Below, one piece after another: positions 14,517 to 24,090 of a DNA stretch of 43,457 nucleotides (the first letter of the stretch is position 1; each line of letters begins with the position of its first letter). The notes under the pieces were generated by a model. The model was not told the DNA's origin. It did no database searches and saw nothing but the letters and a program-made list of their open reading frames with translations. Source of the DNA: a virus; IMG/VR virus record IMGVR_UViG_3300002858_000001, positions 1 through 43,457 of that record; one strand, given 5' to 3'. Position numbers and translations under genes: made by a program.

Positions 14517-15233
14517 ATGTCACACCCTGATGACCTGATGACACTTGCCGCATGTGCGCGCGCCCTTGCCGACAAGGGTGACGAAATTTCGCGCCAAGGC
14601 CTGAGCCAGTATTGCGATGACCACAAACTAAAGATCAACACGCCAAACGGCCCGCGCGTTTCCTTTTCGGCCGTTCGCAACCATCGCCTGCAGAACTACG
14701 ACCGCGAAATCATGACCGGCGGCAAGCGGCTGGAAGCCGAGCCCCAGCTGGTCAGCCTGCCTGCCAATGACGCGCCGGAGACCCCGGCCGATGCCGCGCC
14801 CAGCGGTTCAAACGTGTTTGAGATTTCGCCCGCCCAGCGCCTGAAGGAGCTGCAGGTGGAAAAAGCGGAGATGGAAAACGCCAAACTTTGCGGCGACCTT
14901 GTCCTGATCGATGAAGTGACGGCCGGTGTGGCCGATGCCGTTGTGCAGTTTCGTCAGCAGCTGTTTCAGGCCGTGCCTGATGCCGCGCAGGTACTTAGCG
15001 CCGAATTGGGGCTGGCTGGTGAGGAGGAGCGCGCGGTTCGGGCCGCCATGAAAAACATGGTGCGCGATGGGCTTAAGGGTCTGGTCAGCGCCGTGGCCAG
15101 CAGCAATGCCGCCCTGACCAATGAAAGCGCCAATGAGGTGCAGGGCCGCATCGGCCGCCTGACCGTTCTGGCCGCCTACCTGCGCCACCGGCCGGAAAAA
15201 CACATTGACCGGCTACAGGAGCGCTTCGCGTGA
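14517..15233 (+). CDS. terS: Terminase small subunit (Nu1-like)
   Basis: Internal ATG at 14517. N-terminal HTH LMTLAACARALADKGDEISRQGLSQY. Central KELQVEKAEMENAKLCGDLVLIDEV resembles the Nu1 family. Located upstream of terL. The alternative ATG at 14538 is not excluded. Confidence 0.7.
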   Translation: MSHPDDLMTLAACARALADKGDEISRQGLSQYCDDHKLKINTPNGPRVSFSAVRNHRLQNYDREIMTGGKRLEAEPQLVSLPANDAPETPADAAPSGSNVFEISPAQRLKELQVEKAEMENAKLCGDLVLIDEVTAGVADAVVQFRQQLFQAVPDAAQVLSAELGLAGEEERAVRAAMKNMVRDGLKGLVSAVASSNAALTNESANEVQGRIGRLTVLAAYLRHRPEKHIDRLQERFA

Positions 15234-15958
15234 CGGCCGAACAAGGCGCCAAGCCATGGCGCAGGCGTGAGCAGGTGGGCCCGGCGACTCTGTATCTGGG
15301 CGACCAGTCTGAAATCCTGACCGCGCTGCAGCTATCAAACTCCGTGGCCATCGTATCCGACCCGCCCTATGGCATCGCCTACCAGCATTCTGGTGGCGGC
15401 AAGGGCCTGTCAGACAATCGCAACACCAAGGCCGTGGCCGGGGATGATGTGCCATTTGATCCGGCGCCGTTCCTGCGGTTCGATCATGTCATCATGTGGG
15501 GTGGCAACCATTTTGCGGCGCGCTTGCCGCATGGCCGCTGGCTGGCGTGGGACAAGTTGGCAGGCGTCAACCTTAATGATGCGTTCTCGGACGTCGAGTT
15601 CGCCTGGATGAAGGGGCGCGGCAAAGATCGTATTTACAGCCATCTTTGGAAAGGGCTTCTAAAGGCCAGTGAAAAAGGCGTGTCCCGCGTGCACCCCACG
15701 CAAAAGCCGATTGCGTTGATGGAGTGGTGTATCGGTCTGGTGCCGGGCGCCAGCGTCATTGTGGACCCGTTCATGGGGTCTGGCACCACGGGCGTGGCCG
15801 CCCTGAACATGGGAAAGCGTTTTATTGGGTGCGAACTGGACGAGGAGCACTTCGAGTCGGCTTTTCGCCGGATGACTGAGGCGCACCAGCAGGCCGACTT
15901 GGTTACGCCGCAGCCGGATGAACCGGCACCCGTGCAGCAAGGGCTTGCGGGCCTGTAG
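15230..15958 (+). CDS. DNA methyltransferase, N4/N6 family, beta class (CcrM-like, orphan)
   Basis: Motif IV SDPPYG precedes HPTQKPIALMEWCI and motif I VDPFMGSGTTGVAA. Inserted between terS and terL. Confidence 0.85.
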   Translation: MTAEQGAKPWRRREQVGPATLYLGDQSEILTALQLSNSVAIVSDPPYGIAYQHSGGGKGLSDNRNTKAVAGDDVPFDPAPFLRFDHVIMWGGNHFAARLPHGRWLAWDKLAGVNLNDAFSDVEFAWMKGRGKDRIYSHLWKGLLKASEKGVSRVHPTQKPIALMEWCIGLVPGASVIVDPFMGSGTTGVAALNMGKRFIGCELDEEHFESAFRRMTEAHQQADLVTPQPDEPAPVQQGLAGL

Positions 15959-15960
15959 CC

Positions 15961-18177
15961 ATGGCCGCCTTTTCCGCGTTGGCGCATGGCGCCAGTATCG
16001 TTTTTGCGCAGATCGCAATTTCAGCCGCTCCGCCACCGGAGTTGTCGGTTTCGCAATGGGCTGACCAGTTCCGAATGATCAGCGCGGAGTCCGGCTCCAA
16101 GTATCCCGGCAAATGGCGAACGGATCGCGTGCCGTATCTGCGCGAGCCCATGGATTGCATGGGGGTCAATCATCCGGCTGGCCGGGTTGTGGTGCGCGCG
16201 GGTGCGCAGGTGGGCAAAACGCAGGCCATGAACAATGCGCTGGCGCATATGGTGGACACCGCGCCGCGCGGGGCCATCCTGATGGCGCCCAGTCTCGACA
16301 AGTGCCAAGCGTGGAACCGCGAACAATGGGAGCCCATGCTGGAAGTGACCGAGGCGCTTAAGCTGAAAGTCAGGGCGAACCGTTCGCGGTCTGAGGAAGG
16401 TTCGTCGACCCGGTTCAAGCGTTTCCGGGGCGGCTTCCTTAAGCTGGTGTCGGCGTCAACCGCCAAGGAATTGCAATCGACAACGGCCGGGCTTTTGATC
16501 CTGGAGGAGCCCACCGATTACCCGTTTGACACGGATGGCCGGGGCGACCCGATTGATCAGGCGCGCCACCGGCTGGATGCGTGGGGGGAAGACGGAAAGG
16601 AAATTGCAGCCAGCACGCCCGGCGATAAGGGCAGCTGCCGGATTTCTGAAATGTACGAGGAAGGCGACAAGCGCCTTTTCTATCTGCCGTGCAAGGATTG
16701 CGGCGATTACGCGCCGTTGCACTTTGAGCATTTCCGCTGCGATGACCCGGAAGATGGCGCCAGCGATCCGGCGCCGTATTTCGTGCGCCCGTGCTGCGGT
16801 TCGATCATGCGGCAGGGAGATCTGCCCCGCGCGCTGGACGGCGGCGTCTGGCTGGCAACGTTTGAGACTGACGAGGACCGGAACCCGGCCCCGCCCTTGG
16901 TGGTGCCTGCGGATGATCTGGGCGAATGGCGCAAGCGCCCGCGCGAGGGGCGCTATCCTAGCTTTCATTTGTGGCAGGCTTACAGCCCATTTGCCAGCTG
17001 GCGCGCGATATGGGCCGGGCACAAGGAAGGCAAGGCGCATCCGGATAAGCAGCGCACATTTTACCAGCAGGTTCTGGCCGAACCCTTCGAGCCGGTCATG
17101 GACCGGCCAAAGGCTGACCGGCTTGTGGAACTGGCGCGCCATCCGGCCACGGAAAAACTGGTGGGGCTGCGCCGGGGGATTATTCCGGACTGGTGCTGGA
17201 TGCTGACCGGCGCGGCCGATGTGCAGACCGACCGGATTGAGTGGGCCGCCTATGCGTGGGGCCCGATCAGCGACAAGGATTTCACGGCACCGGCCGGGGA
17301 AGTGGCGCCGGGCGTTCCGGCCACCTGTGGCGCCCTTGTTGATTGGGGCGTGATTTCGCTGCCACCAGATGACCCGCGCGCATGGGCCGAGCTGGCCATG
17401 GTGCAAAATCGCAAATGGCCCGGCCGCGCTTGCGTGCCGTTGACCTTTGATGATTTCGGCGTCGATACGGGCGGCCATTACACGCAGCAGGCTTACCAAG
17501 CGGCCGCGCGCAATATGGGCATGAAAGCCCTGAAAGGCCACAACAACCGGGAGTCCGGGCCGCTGGTCAAAGGCAGCCGGGTGCGCACGACGACCGGCAA
17601 GATGCGCGGGCGGGTCCAGCTTTGGCTGGTGGGTGGCCACAATCTGAAGCGCCGGGTGTATTACGGACTCGGGCAAGCCTTCGCATCTGTAGACATGGGC
17701 GCCGACCCCGGCGCGATGGCTGCAGGCCTGCGTGGCACCAATCGCCGCGAACCCGGTTCGCTGTTCCTGCCTCCGGAGATCAGCCTTGAAATGGCTGAGC
17801 AGATCACGGCCGAATACCTGACGGAAAAGTCAGTCGGCGGCAAGCGCACGCTGGTCTGGGATAAGCCGAAAAGTCAGCCCAATGAGCAGCTGGATTTGGC
17901 GGTGTATTCAATGGCGCTGGCGACCCACCAGTCGCTTGACCGGAAGACATGGGCCGATTGGGCGGCGCTGGCTGATGCGCGCCGAAAGCCGGAGGAAGAT
18001 GACGCGGCCGGGCCGTTGGAGGCCTTGTGGTCTGGCAATGGTGACGCCCTGGACGTGGCGACCGAAAAAGAGAAACCGGCCCCGGTGGCCATTCCTGAAA
18101 CGCGCGTTTCCAACCCCACGCCAACAACCGGCAAAGTGCCGGAGTGGGTGCGGAAGATGCGCGCGCAGCATCAATAG
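15961..18177 (+). CDS. terL: Terminase large subunit, lambda GpA family
   Basis: 738 aa. SVSQWADQFRMISAESGSKYPGKWRTDRVPYLREPMDCMG and VVRAGAQVGKTQ (Walker A) closely parallel the lambda gpA N-terminus. Confidence 0.9.
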   Translation: MAAFSALAHGASIVFAQIAISAAPPPELSVSQWADQFRMISAESGSKYPGKWRTDRVPYLREPMDCMGVNHPAGRVVVRAGAQVGKTQAMNNALAHMVDTAPRGAILMAPSLDKCQAWNREQWEPMLEVTEALKLKVRANRSRSEEGSSTRFKRFRGGFLKLVSASTAKELQSTTAGLLILEEPTDYPFDTDGRGDPIDQARHRLDAWGEDGKEIAASTPGDKGSCRISEMYEEGDKRLFYLPCKDCGDYAPLHFEHFRCDDPEDGASDPAPYFVRPCCGSIMRQGDLPRALDGGVWLATFETDEDRNPAPPLVVPADDLGEWRKRPREGRYPSFHLWQAYSPFASWRAIWAGHKEGKAHPDKQRTFYQQVLAEPFEPVMDRPKADRLVELARHPATEKLVGLRRGIIPDWCWMLTGAADVQTDRIEWAAYAWGPISDKDFTAPAGEVAPGVPATCGALVDWGVISLPPDDPRAWAELAMVQNRKWPGRACVPLTFDDFGVDTGGHYTQQAYQAAARNMGMKALKGHNNRESGPLVKGSRVRTTTGKMRGRVQLWLVGGHNLKRRVYYGLGQAFASVDMGADPGAMAAGLRGTNRREPGSLFLPPEISLEMAEQITAEYLTEKSVGGKRTLVWDKPKSQPNEQLDLAVYSMALATHQSLDRKTWADWAALADARRKPEEDDAAGPLEALWSGNGDALDVATEKEKPAPVAIPETRVSNPTPTTGKVPEWVRKMRAQHQ
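17747..17761. repeat. Dispersed palindrome copy 4 (GCGAACCCGGTTCGC)
   Basis: Inside terL. Read in frame as R-E-P-G-S-L. Confidence 0.9.
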
Positions 18178-18193
18178 TAAGAAAGCGGACGAT

Positions 18194-18421
18194 ATGAGCG
18201 CAGCCAGAATTGCCGAACTGAAAACGCAGATAAGCCAGATTGATGCCGCGTTGCTGGAAATCGGCACCGGAAACCGCAAAGTTAAGCTGTCCTATGAAGG
18301 CAACAGCGTGGAATATGGCCCCGGCAATGTGGAGTTGCTGCAGGGCATGCGCCGCGATGCACGCGCCGAATTGAACCGGCTGACTGGTGTGGCCAGCCGC
18401 CCGGCCCGGATGACGTACTGA
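18194..18421 (+). CDS. Head-tail joining protein W-like
   Basis: 75-aa ORF from the internal ATG at 18194, between terL and the portal gene as in lambda. MSAARIAELKTQISQIDAALLEI...VEYGPGNVELL fits the gpW pattern. Confidence 0.65.
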   Translation: MSAARIAELKTQISQIDAALLEIGTGNRKVKLSYEGNSVEYGPGNVELLQGMRRDARAELNRLTGVASRPARMTY

Positions 18422-20016
18422 TGACCCGGCCCGTTCTAGTTGATCAGCATGGCCGCCCGCTGCGCGCGTCGGCCCGCACCGCATTCATGACCGGCCGGGG
18501 TTTTGATGGCGCTGGCGCAGATCGCCAGCAAACCCGCGCATGGAGCACGGCGCCCCTGCCGTCTGTGAATGAGACGGCATCGCGTGACCGGATCGCGGCG
18601 CGTGCCCGTGACCTGATGCGCAATAGCGGTGTGGCTGCGGGCGCCATGCGCAAGACGCGCGCCCAGACAATCGGCATGGGGCTGTCCCTTCGGTCAAAGC
18701 CGGAAGCCAGCACGCTGGGGGTGGAACCCACGGAAGCGCTGCGCTTTGGGCGCCAGATCGAGGCTGTTTGGCGCAGCTGGGCTGATGATCCGGGCCGCCA
18801 GTGTGACGTGAAGCGGCGCCGCACGTTCGGCCAGTTGCTGCGTGTTCTCTGGTCGGAGCGGTTCACCACGGGCGAAAATATCGCGGTGTTACGCTGGCGC
18901 CCGGATCGCGGCACCAAGTTTGCCACCTGCGTGCAGGATATGGACACCGACCGGCTTTCAAACCCGAATGAGAAGCCGGACACGGATGAACTGACGCAGG
19001 GCGTGGAGTTCAATGAAGATGGTGAGGCTATGGCCTACCATTTCCGCGACTCCCACCGCAACGACTTCCGCTGGTCATCCAAGCGCTGGTCGTGGACGCG
19101 TGTTCCGCGCATTGGGGATGATGGGCGCCGCATCGTGATACATGCGTTTGACGAGGAGCGCGCGGAACAAGTGCGCGGCGTTTCACCCTTCGCGCCCATC
19201 CTGCTGGCTTTCCGTGACCTGCAGCGGTTCACGGAGGCCGAAATCGGCGCGGCTGTCATCAATGCCACCTTTGCCGCGTTCATCAAATCAGGCTTTGACC
19301 CTGCGGCCGTGGTGGAAGCGCTGGGCCTCGACAATCCAGACGTGGCCGCCATCGGCACATCATGGCACGACTCACGCATGGGCATTTATGGGCCCGGTGG
19401 CTTGTCTGTGAAGGACAATAAAATTCCTGCGCTGGCGCCGGGCGACGAGGTGGAAATCAACAATACGACTCGGCAGGTGGGCGCATTCGGGGCGTTCAAG
19501 AAAGCTTATCTGCAGGACTTCGCCACGGCGCTGGGCCTTCCGTATATGGTGCTTTCGGAAGATTGGGAAAGCGTCAGCTATTCGGCCGCCCGTGCGGCGT
19601 TGGCCGAAACGTGGCGCATTGTGACCGAGGACCGCGCCTCATTCATCGCTGACACGGTGTCGCCTATCTTTGCCGAAGTCATCACGGAGGCATTCTATCG
19701 GGGGTATCTGGTGGAGCCGGATGGCTGGCCAGACTTTGAAGACGAGCCCGGCGCTTACTTGAATGCGAACTGGACCGGCCCCGGCCGGGGATACGTTGAC
19801 CCGCTGAAAGAGGCGCAGGCGAATGAATTGCTGCGTCAGATGGGCGTCACCACGCTTGACCAAATCTGCGCAGACCAAGGCCGCGATTGGGAAGACACCC
19901 TCGAGCAGCTGGCAGTGGAACGCGAAAAACTGCGCGAAATGGGTTTGACCGAACTGGACCTGGCGTCGGTTCTGGGCGCCCCGCAATCATCCGAGGAAGG
20001 AACTGCAGACCAATGA
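18421..20016 (+). CDS. Portal protein, lambda gpB family
   Basis: 531 aa, with lambda-like size and position. ATGA-type overlap with the W-like gene. Confidence 0.85.
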   Translation: MTRPVLVDQHGRPLRASARTAFMTGRGFDGAGADRQQTRAWSTAPLPSVNETASRDRIAARARDLMRNSGVAAGAMRKTRAQTIGMGLSLRSKPEASTLGVEPTEALRFGRQIEAVWRSWADDPGRQCDVKRRRTFGQLLRVLWSERFTTGENIAVLRWRPDRGTKFATCVQDMDTDRLSNPNEKPDTDELTQGVEFNEDGEAMAYHFRDSHRNDFRWSSKRWSWTRVPRIGDDGRRIVIHAFDEERAEQVRGVSPFAPILLAFRDLQRFTEAEIGAAVINATFAAFIKSGFDPAAVVEALGLDNPDVAAIGTSWHDSRMGIYGPGGLSVKDNKIPALAPGDEVEINNTTRQVGAFGAFKKAYLQDFATALGLPYMVLSEDWESVSYSAARAALAETWRIVTEDRASFIADTVSPIFAEVITEAFYRGYLVEPDGWPDFEDEPGAYLNANWTGPGRGYVDPLKEAQANELLRQMGVTTLDQICADQGRDWEDTLEQLAVEREKLREMGLTELDLASVLGAPQSSEEGTADQ

Positions 20017-21599
20017 CGAACATGACGACACTGGCCGCCCGTCATTCGGGCCGCCCGCTGCTGATGCAGGCTGACGCTGCGCGAGATCTGGCCACGCGCC
20101 TGCAGGCCTCCGTGCCCGGCGTGCTGGAAACTGAAAGCCGGTTTGATGCGGCTTTGCGGGCAATTGGTTTGCGTGGCCGCGCGCGCCGACCTGCAGCGTT
20201 CGATCAGGAGGACGTTGACGCCCAGACCGTGGCCGTTCCGAACGGCCCGGCTGCCTATTGCCCCGTCTGGATGGGCGAGCCTGACGACTCGCTGGAATGG
20301 GGGCTGACCCTCAAGGATGGGATTGCAACGCTTAATCTGGACACGGCAATTTCAGACAAGGGCACGTCATTCTGCGGCGAGTGGTGGCATGGGTACGACT
20401 CGCTCGACGCAGCCATCCGCACCGCGCTTGCGGACGACCGGGTTAAGGGCATCTTCCTGCGCGTTGATAGCCCCGGCGGTGTGGTGGCTGGTGGCCTTGA
20501 TACGTTGACCCGCACGCTGCAGGAAGGCCGCGAGGCCGCAGGTGGCAAGCCCATTTGGGTTTACGCGGATTGTGCCGCTTCGGCCGCCTACTGGATCAGT
20601 GCGCAGGCTGACCGCATTATTGCCCCGCGCGCCGGTCTGGTGGGCAGCATGGGCGCGGTCATCCTGCATATGCAGAATGCGGCCGCCCTGGAGCGCGCTG
20701 GCGTCAAGGTTACGGCGCTGCAGTTTGGTGCCCAGAAAACCGCTGCGGCATCCTTCGCGGAATTGAGCGACGAGGCAGCTGCAGACCTGCAGGCCATGGT
20801 TGACCAAGCTGGCCGCGAATTTGTGGCCGCTGTCACGCAGGGGCGCAGCCAGCTGACCGAGTCGGAAATTCTGGCCACCGAGGCCCGTGTTTACACGGCG
20901 CACCATGATGACCCGGTGCGGTCAGGTGTGGACCTGAAATTGGTTGATGCGATCATGGGGGAGGCTGACGCCTTCCGCGAACTGGTCGCCCACGTATCGC
21001 CCGCCCTAGCGGCGGCCGCCCCGGCAGCACCTGCCGGAACCCCTACCGAAGCGAAAACAGGAGCCCCAACAATGAACCAGCGCAATGCGGCCGCCACTGA
21101 CCGGCTGGCCAAACGGCAGAAACTCATGGCGCAGCTTGCTGCCATCGATGCCGAAGAAATGGAAGAGGCTGAAGCCGAAGAAGAGGAAGAAGAAGAAGAG
21201 GAAGAAGGCTCGCCAGCCGCTTCCGAAGGCGAGCCGACCACGGAAGAAGGCGGCGAGCCGGAAGACGGCGGCGAAGCCGAGTCGGAAGACGACGACGAGT
21301 CGGATGACGCAGACGCCACCGAAGATGAAAAGCGCGCGGCGGCCGTCATGGGCTTGCCGGAAGCGCAGGCCATGCCCGCCTATGCGGCCAGCCTTGTCTC
21401 GGCTGGCTTGAGCTTCAAGGCTGCAAAGAAGGCATTGAAAGCAGCGGCCCGGACAAATGCGATCAGTTCGCGGACGGACACGCCAGTCAATGCGCGGCCA
21501 GCCGGCAATGGCGAGCAAGCCAGTGCAACTGACCAGCTGCTGGGCGATTACGTCAAGGCGATGGGCCCCGGCCGCCTGCGCCAAAAGCCGAAGGCTTAA
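20013..21599 (+). CDS. Head maturation protease (S49/SppA family, gpC-like) fused to an acidic scaffold-like C-terminus
   Basis: ATG at 20013 overlaps the portal stop. GIFLRVDSPGGVVAGG ... YADCAASAAYWISAQADRIIAPRAGLVGSMGAV are S49 motifs. The C-terminus carries a poly-Glu/Asp tract. Confidence 0.85.
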   Translation: MTNMTTLAARHSGRPLLMQADAARDLATRLQASVPGVLETESRFDAALRAIGLRGRARRPAAFDQEDVDAQTVAVPNGPAAYCPVWMGEPDDSLEWGLTLKDGIATLNLDTAISDKGTSFCGEWWHGYDSLDAAIRTALADDRVKGIFLRVDSPGGVVAGGLDTLTRTLQEGREAAGGKPIWVYADCAASAAYWISAQADRIIAPRAGLVGSMGAVILHMQNAAALERAGVKVTALQFGAQKTAAASFAELSDEAAADLQAMVDQAGREFVAAVTQGRSQLTESEILATEARVYTAHHDDPVRSGVDLKLVDAIMGEADAFRELVAHVSPALAAAAPAAPAGTPTEAKTGAPTMNQRNAAATDRLAKRQKLMAQLAAIDAEEMEEAEAEEEEEEEEEEGSPAASEGEPTTEEGGEPEDGGEAESEDDDESDDADATEDEKRAAAVMGLPEAQAMPAYAASLVSAGLSFKAAKKALKAAARTNAISSRTDTPVNARPAGNGEQASATDQLLGDYVKAMGPGRLRQKPKA

Positions 21600-21704
21600 G
21601 CCCGGCGCCAAATGATCCGGGGCGGGTTTCGCCTGCCCCGCTTCCCGACGCGGAAGGCGCGGCCTTCCCTGATTTCCTGACACTGTGAAAAAAGGACTTT
21701 CCAC

Positions 21705-22079
21705 ATGGACTTCCATCAAACCGAACTTGTGACGCACAAGGACATTGAAGTTGGCGGCGTCATCGTTCGCCGCGCTACCCTCACAATCAAGAGCGGCGAG
21801 GACCTGGAGGCGGGTTCTGTGCTGGGGCAAGTCACTGCAGACGGTAAGTGGCGCCAGTCTGTTGCTGCCAGCGATGACGGCTCCGAAGCAATCCGCCCGG
21901 TGGTGCTGATGCATGATTGCGACGCCACGGGTGGTGATGTTGAGGCGCAGGCATGGATTGCCGGGGATTTCGACCCGGCCATGCTGAAAATCGGCACCGG
22001 CCATGATGTGGATGCCGTGCGCAATGCGTGGATCGGGACGCCTTGCTTCCTGCCGAACGTTCGCCACCCTGACGCCTAA
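21705..22079 (+). CDS. Head decoration protein (lambda gpD-like)
   Basis: 124 aa, immediately before the gpE-type capsid gene. LEAGSVLGQVTADGKW...VLMHDCDATGGDVEAQAWIAGDF fits the HDPD family pattern. Confidence 0.75.
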   Translation: MDFHQTELVTHKDIEVGGVIVRRATLTIKSGEDLEAGSVLGQVTADGKWRQSVAASDDGSEAIRPVVLMHDCDATGGDVEAQAWIAGDFDPAMLKIGTGHDVDAVRNAWIGTPCFLPNVRHPDA

Positions 22080-22104
22080 GCGTCTCCAAAACTCCTGACC
22101 CGAA

Positions 22105-22130
22105 AGGCCCGCCATTTGGTGGGCCTTTTT
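22105..22130 (+). terminator. Hairpin plus U-tract between decoration and capsid genes (probably leaky)
   Basis: AGGCCCGCC / GGTGGGCCT (9 bp with one G-U pair), loop ATTT, followed by TTTT. Confidence 0.5.
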
Positions 22131-22167
22131 CGTTCCCCAGATCATTTGCAAGAAAAAGGTTTGAGCA

Positions 22168-23208
22168 ATGACAATTGACATTCGCACCGCTGACACCCGC
22201 GCCCTGCTGGGGGTGGTCAACGCACTTTATCAGCCGTCCACTTGGTTGCTGGACAAGTTCTTCCCGTCTGCCGTGCAGTTCGAGGACCAATACATCCATT
22301 TTGACAAGATCGTGGAAGGCCGCAAGCTGGCGCCATTCGTTCACCCGGACGTCAAGGCTTCCCGGCAGCAATCTGGCGCCACGCAGGTGTCGTCCATCGA
22401 GGCGCCATACATCAAGCTTGATGAAGCCGTGAAGCCGGGCCGCGCACTCAAGCGCCGCGCGGGTGAGCCGCTGGGCGGAGATCTGACCCCGGAGGAACGC
22501 TTCAACGCCATTGCGCTGGATGTTCTGGACGGCCAACGCAAGCAAATCCTGCGCACCAAGGAATGGATGGCGGCCCAGATGCTGGTCAATGGCAAGGTGA
22601 CGTTGACGGGCGAAGGCTACGCCGAGCCCATCGTCCTGGACTTCAACCGTGAAGCGGCGCTGGATGTGGCGCTGACCGGTGGTGACCGCTGGGGCGAGGC
22701 TGGCGTCAGTGTTCTGGATGATCTGGAGGACTGGGCCATCAACGTGCAGGATGCCTGCGGCGTGGCGCCTAACGAGGTGGTCATGGACTTGTCTGCGTGG
22801 CGCAAGGCCCGCAAGGACGCGGCCTTCCTTGAGGCGCTCGACAATCGCCGGGGTGGCGGCAATGCCCAGATTGAGCTGGGCCCGATCAGCCCGGATGATG
22901 TGAGCCATGCGCGCTATGTGGGCACGTCTGGCGACTTCGACTTCTATGTCTATCAGCAGACATACAAAACCGAAGCTGGCACGGTTGCCAAGTTCCTGCC
23001 GGAAAACACGGTGCTGATGGGTTCGGCTGCGCTGGAAGGCGTGCAGGCCCATGCGGCCATTCAAAGCGTGGACACGTTCCAGCCGCTGGAAATGGCGCCG
23101 CGCACGTATGAGGAACGCAACCCCGACCGCCTGATTGCCGAGACGCAATCGGCGCCGGTTGTCTTCCCCATGAATGTCAACGGCTCCATGCGGGCGACGG
23201 TCGGCTAA
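22168..23208 (+). CDS. Major capsid protein, lambda gpE family
   Basis: 346 aa. ALYQPSTWLLDKFFPSAVQFEDQYIHFDKIVEGRKLAPFVHP is typical of Phage_cap_E. Confidence 0.9.
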   Translation: MTIDIRTADTRALLGVVNALYQPSTWLLDKFFPSAVQFEDQYIHFDKIVEGRKLAPFVHPDVKASRQQSGATQVSSIEAPYIKLDEAVKPGRALKRRAGEPLGGDLTPEERFNAIALDVLDGQRKQILRTKEWMAAQMLVNGKVTLTGEGYAEPIVLDFNREAALDVALTGGDRWGEAGVSVLDDLEDWAINVQDACGVAPNEVVMDLSAWRKARKDAAFLEALDNRRGGGNAQIELGPISPDDVSHARYVGTSGDFDFYVYQQTYKTEAGTVAKFLPENTVLMGSAALEGVQAHAAIQSVDTFQPLEMAPRTYEERNPDRLIAETQSAPVVFPMNVNGSMRATVG

Positions 23209-23209
23209 G

Positions 23210-23224
23210 GCGAACCGGGTTCGC
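23210..23224. repeat. Dispersed palindrome copy 5 (GCGAACCGGGTTCGC)
   Basis: Starts 2 nt after the capsid TAA stop. Followed by a second hairpin at 23229..23253. Confidence 0.9.
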
Positions 23225-23228
23225 TGAC

Positions 23229-23253
23229 CAGCGGCCGGGCTGACCGGCCGCTG
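23229..23253 (+). other. 10-bp stem hairpin after the capsid gene
   Basis: CAGCGGCCGG - GCTGA - CCGGCCGCTG. No U-tract. Likely an mRNA-stabilising or weak terminator element. Confidence 0.6.
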
Positions 23254-23298
23254 GCGCTTCCCACTTCAAACGAAAACAACCAGCAAGAGGAGGCCGCC

Positions 23299-23727
23299 AT
23301 GGCCGACACTGAATACGAAATCCTGCGCGGAACCTTCCCGGTTCGGAAGGGTAAGCAGCGCATTGCCAAGGGCCCCGGAGACACCATCCGGCTGCCGGAA
23401 GATCAGGCCGCGCAGTTTGTCAAGAATGGGCAGCTGATCGCGGTGGCCGACAAGCCGGTCAAGAAATCGAAGGCTGCAGACCCTGAAGCCCGCGCCGAAA
23501 TCAAGGACCTGAAAGCGCAGGTTGCGCAGTTGACGCTGGACCGCGACGAGGCGCTTGCGGCGAATGCTGAATATGCAGACGCCCACGAGACGGCCAAACT
23601 GGAAATCGAGTCGCTCGGTAAAGTCATCGAACTGTTGAAGGCTGACCATGCGGAGGCGGTGGAAGCTGCCCAGCAGGCCGTTGCGGATGAAATCACGGCG
23701 CAACCAGACGCGGCTGGCGGGAAGTAA
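23299..23727 (+). CDS. Hypothetical coiled-coil virion-module protein
   Basis: 142 aa with SD GGAGG upstream. Function unknown. Confidence 0.65.
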   Translation: MADTEYEILRGTFPVRKGKQRIAKGPGDTIRLPEDQAAQFVKNGQLIAVADKPVKKSKAADPEARAEIKDLKAQVAQLTLDRDEALAANAEYADAHETAKLEIESLGKVIELLKADHAEAVEAAQQAVADEITAQPDAAGGK

Positions 23728-23732
23728 TCGCC

Positions 23733-24089
23733 ATGTCGTCTGCCATCGCTGACCTTGTTCTGGACGCCAACTATGAGGGCCCGCATGCGACCCCTGCGGA
23801 ATATTTCGCGCCGGACGTTCAGCCGGTCAGCGGTGGCGGCTTGCCTGTTGCGCTGATGCGCGCAGGTGAGGAGCGCGGCCTTGATCTGGGCGGGCTGAAT
23901 GTCGCGCCCGTGGTTGATAGCGGCGCGATGAAATGCCGGGTGAAGGAATTGGCGGCCCCGGAGAAAGGCGGCCGCTTCTATCTTCCGGACACCGACGAAC
24001 ATTTCCTGATTACGGCAGCGCCGGAACGGCTGGACCGGGCGCGCCGTGAGTGGACCTGCCAAGGCATGATTACCAAGGCGCCAGACTGA
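23733..24089 (+). CDS. Hypothetical head-tail connector-region protein
   Basis: 118-aa ORF in the head-completion position. Confidence 0.6.
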   Translation: MSSAIADLVLDANYEGPHATPAEYFAPDVQPVSGGGLPVALMRAGEERGLDLGGLNVAPVVDSGAMKCRVKELAAPEKGGRFYLPDTDEHFLITAAPERLDRARREWTCQGMITKAPD

Positions 24090-24090
24090 C

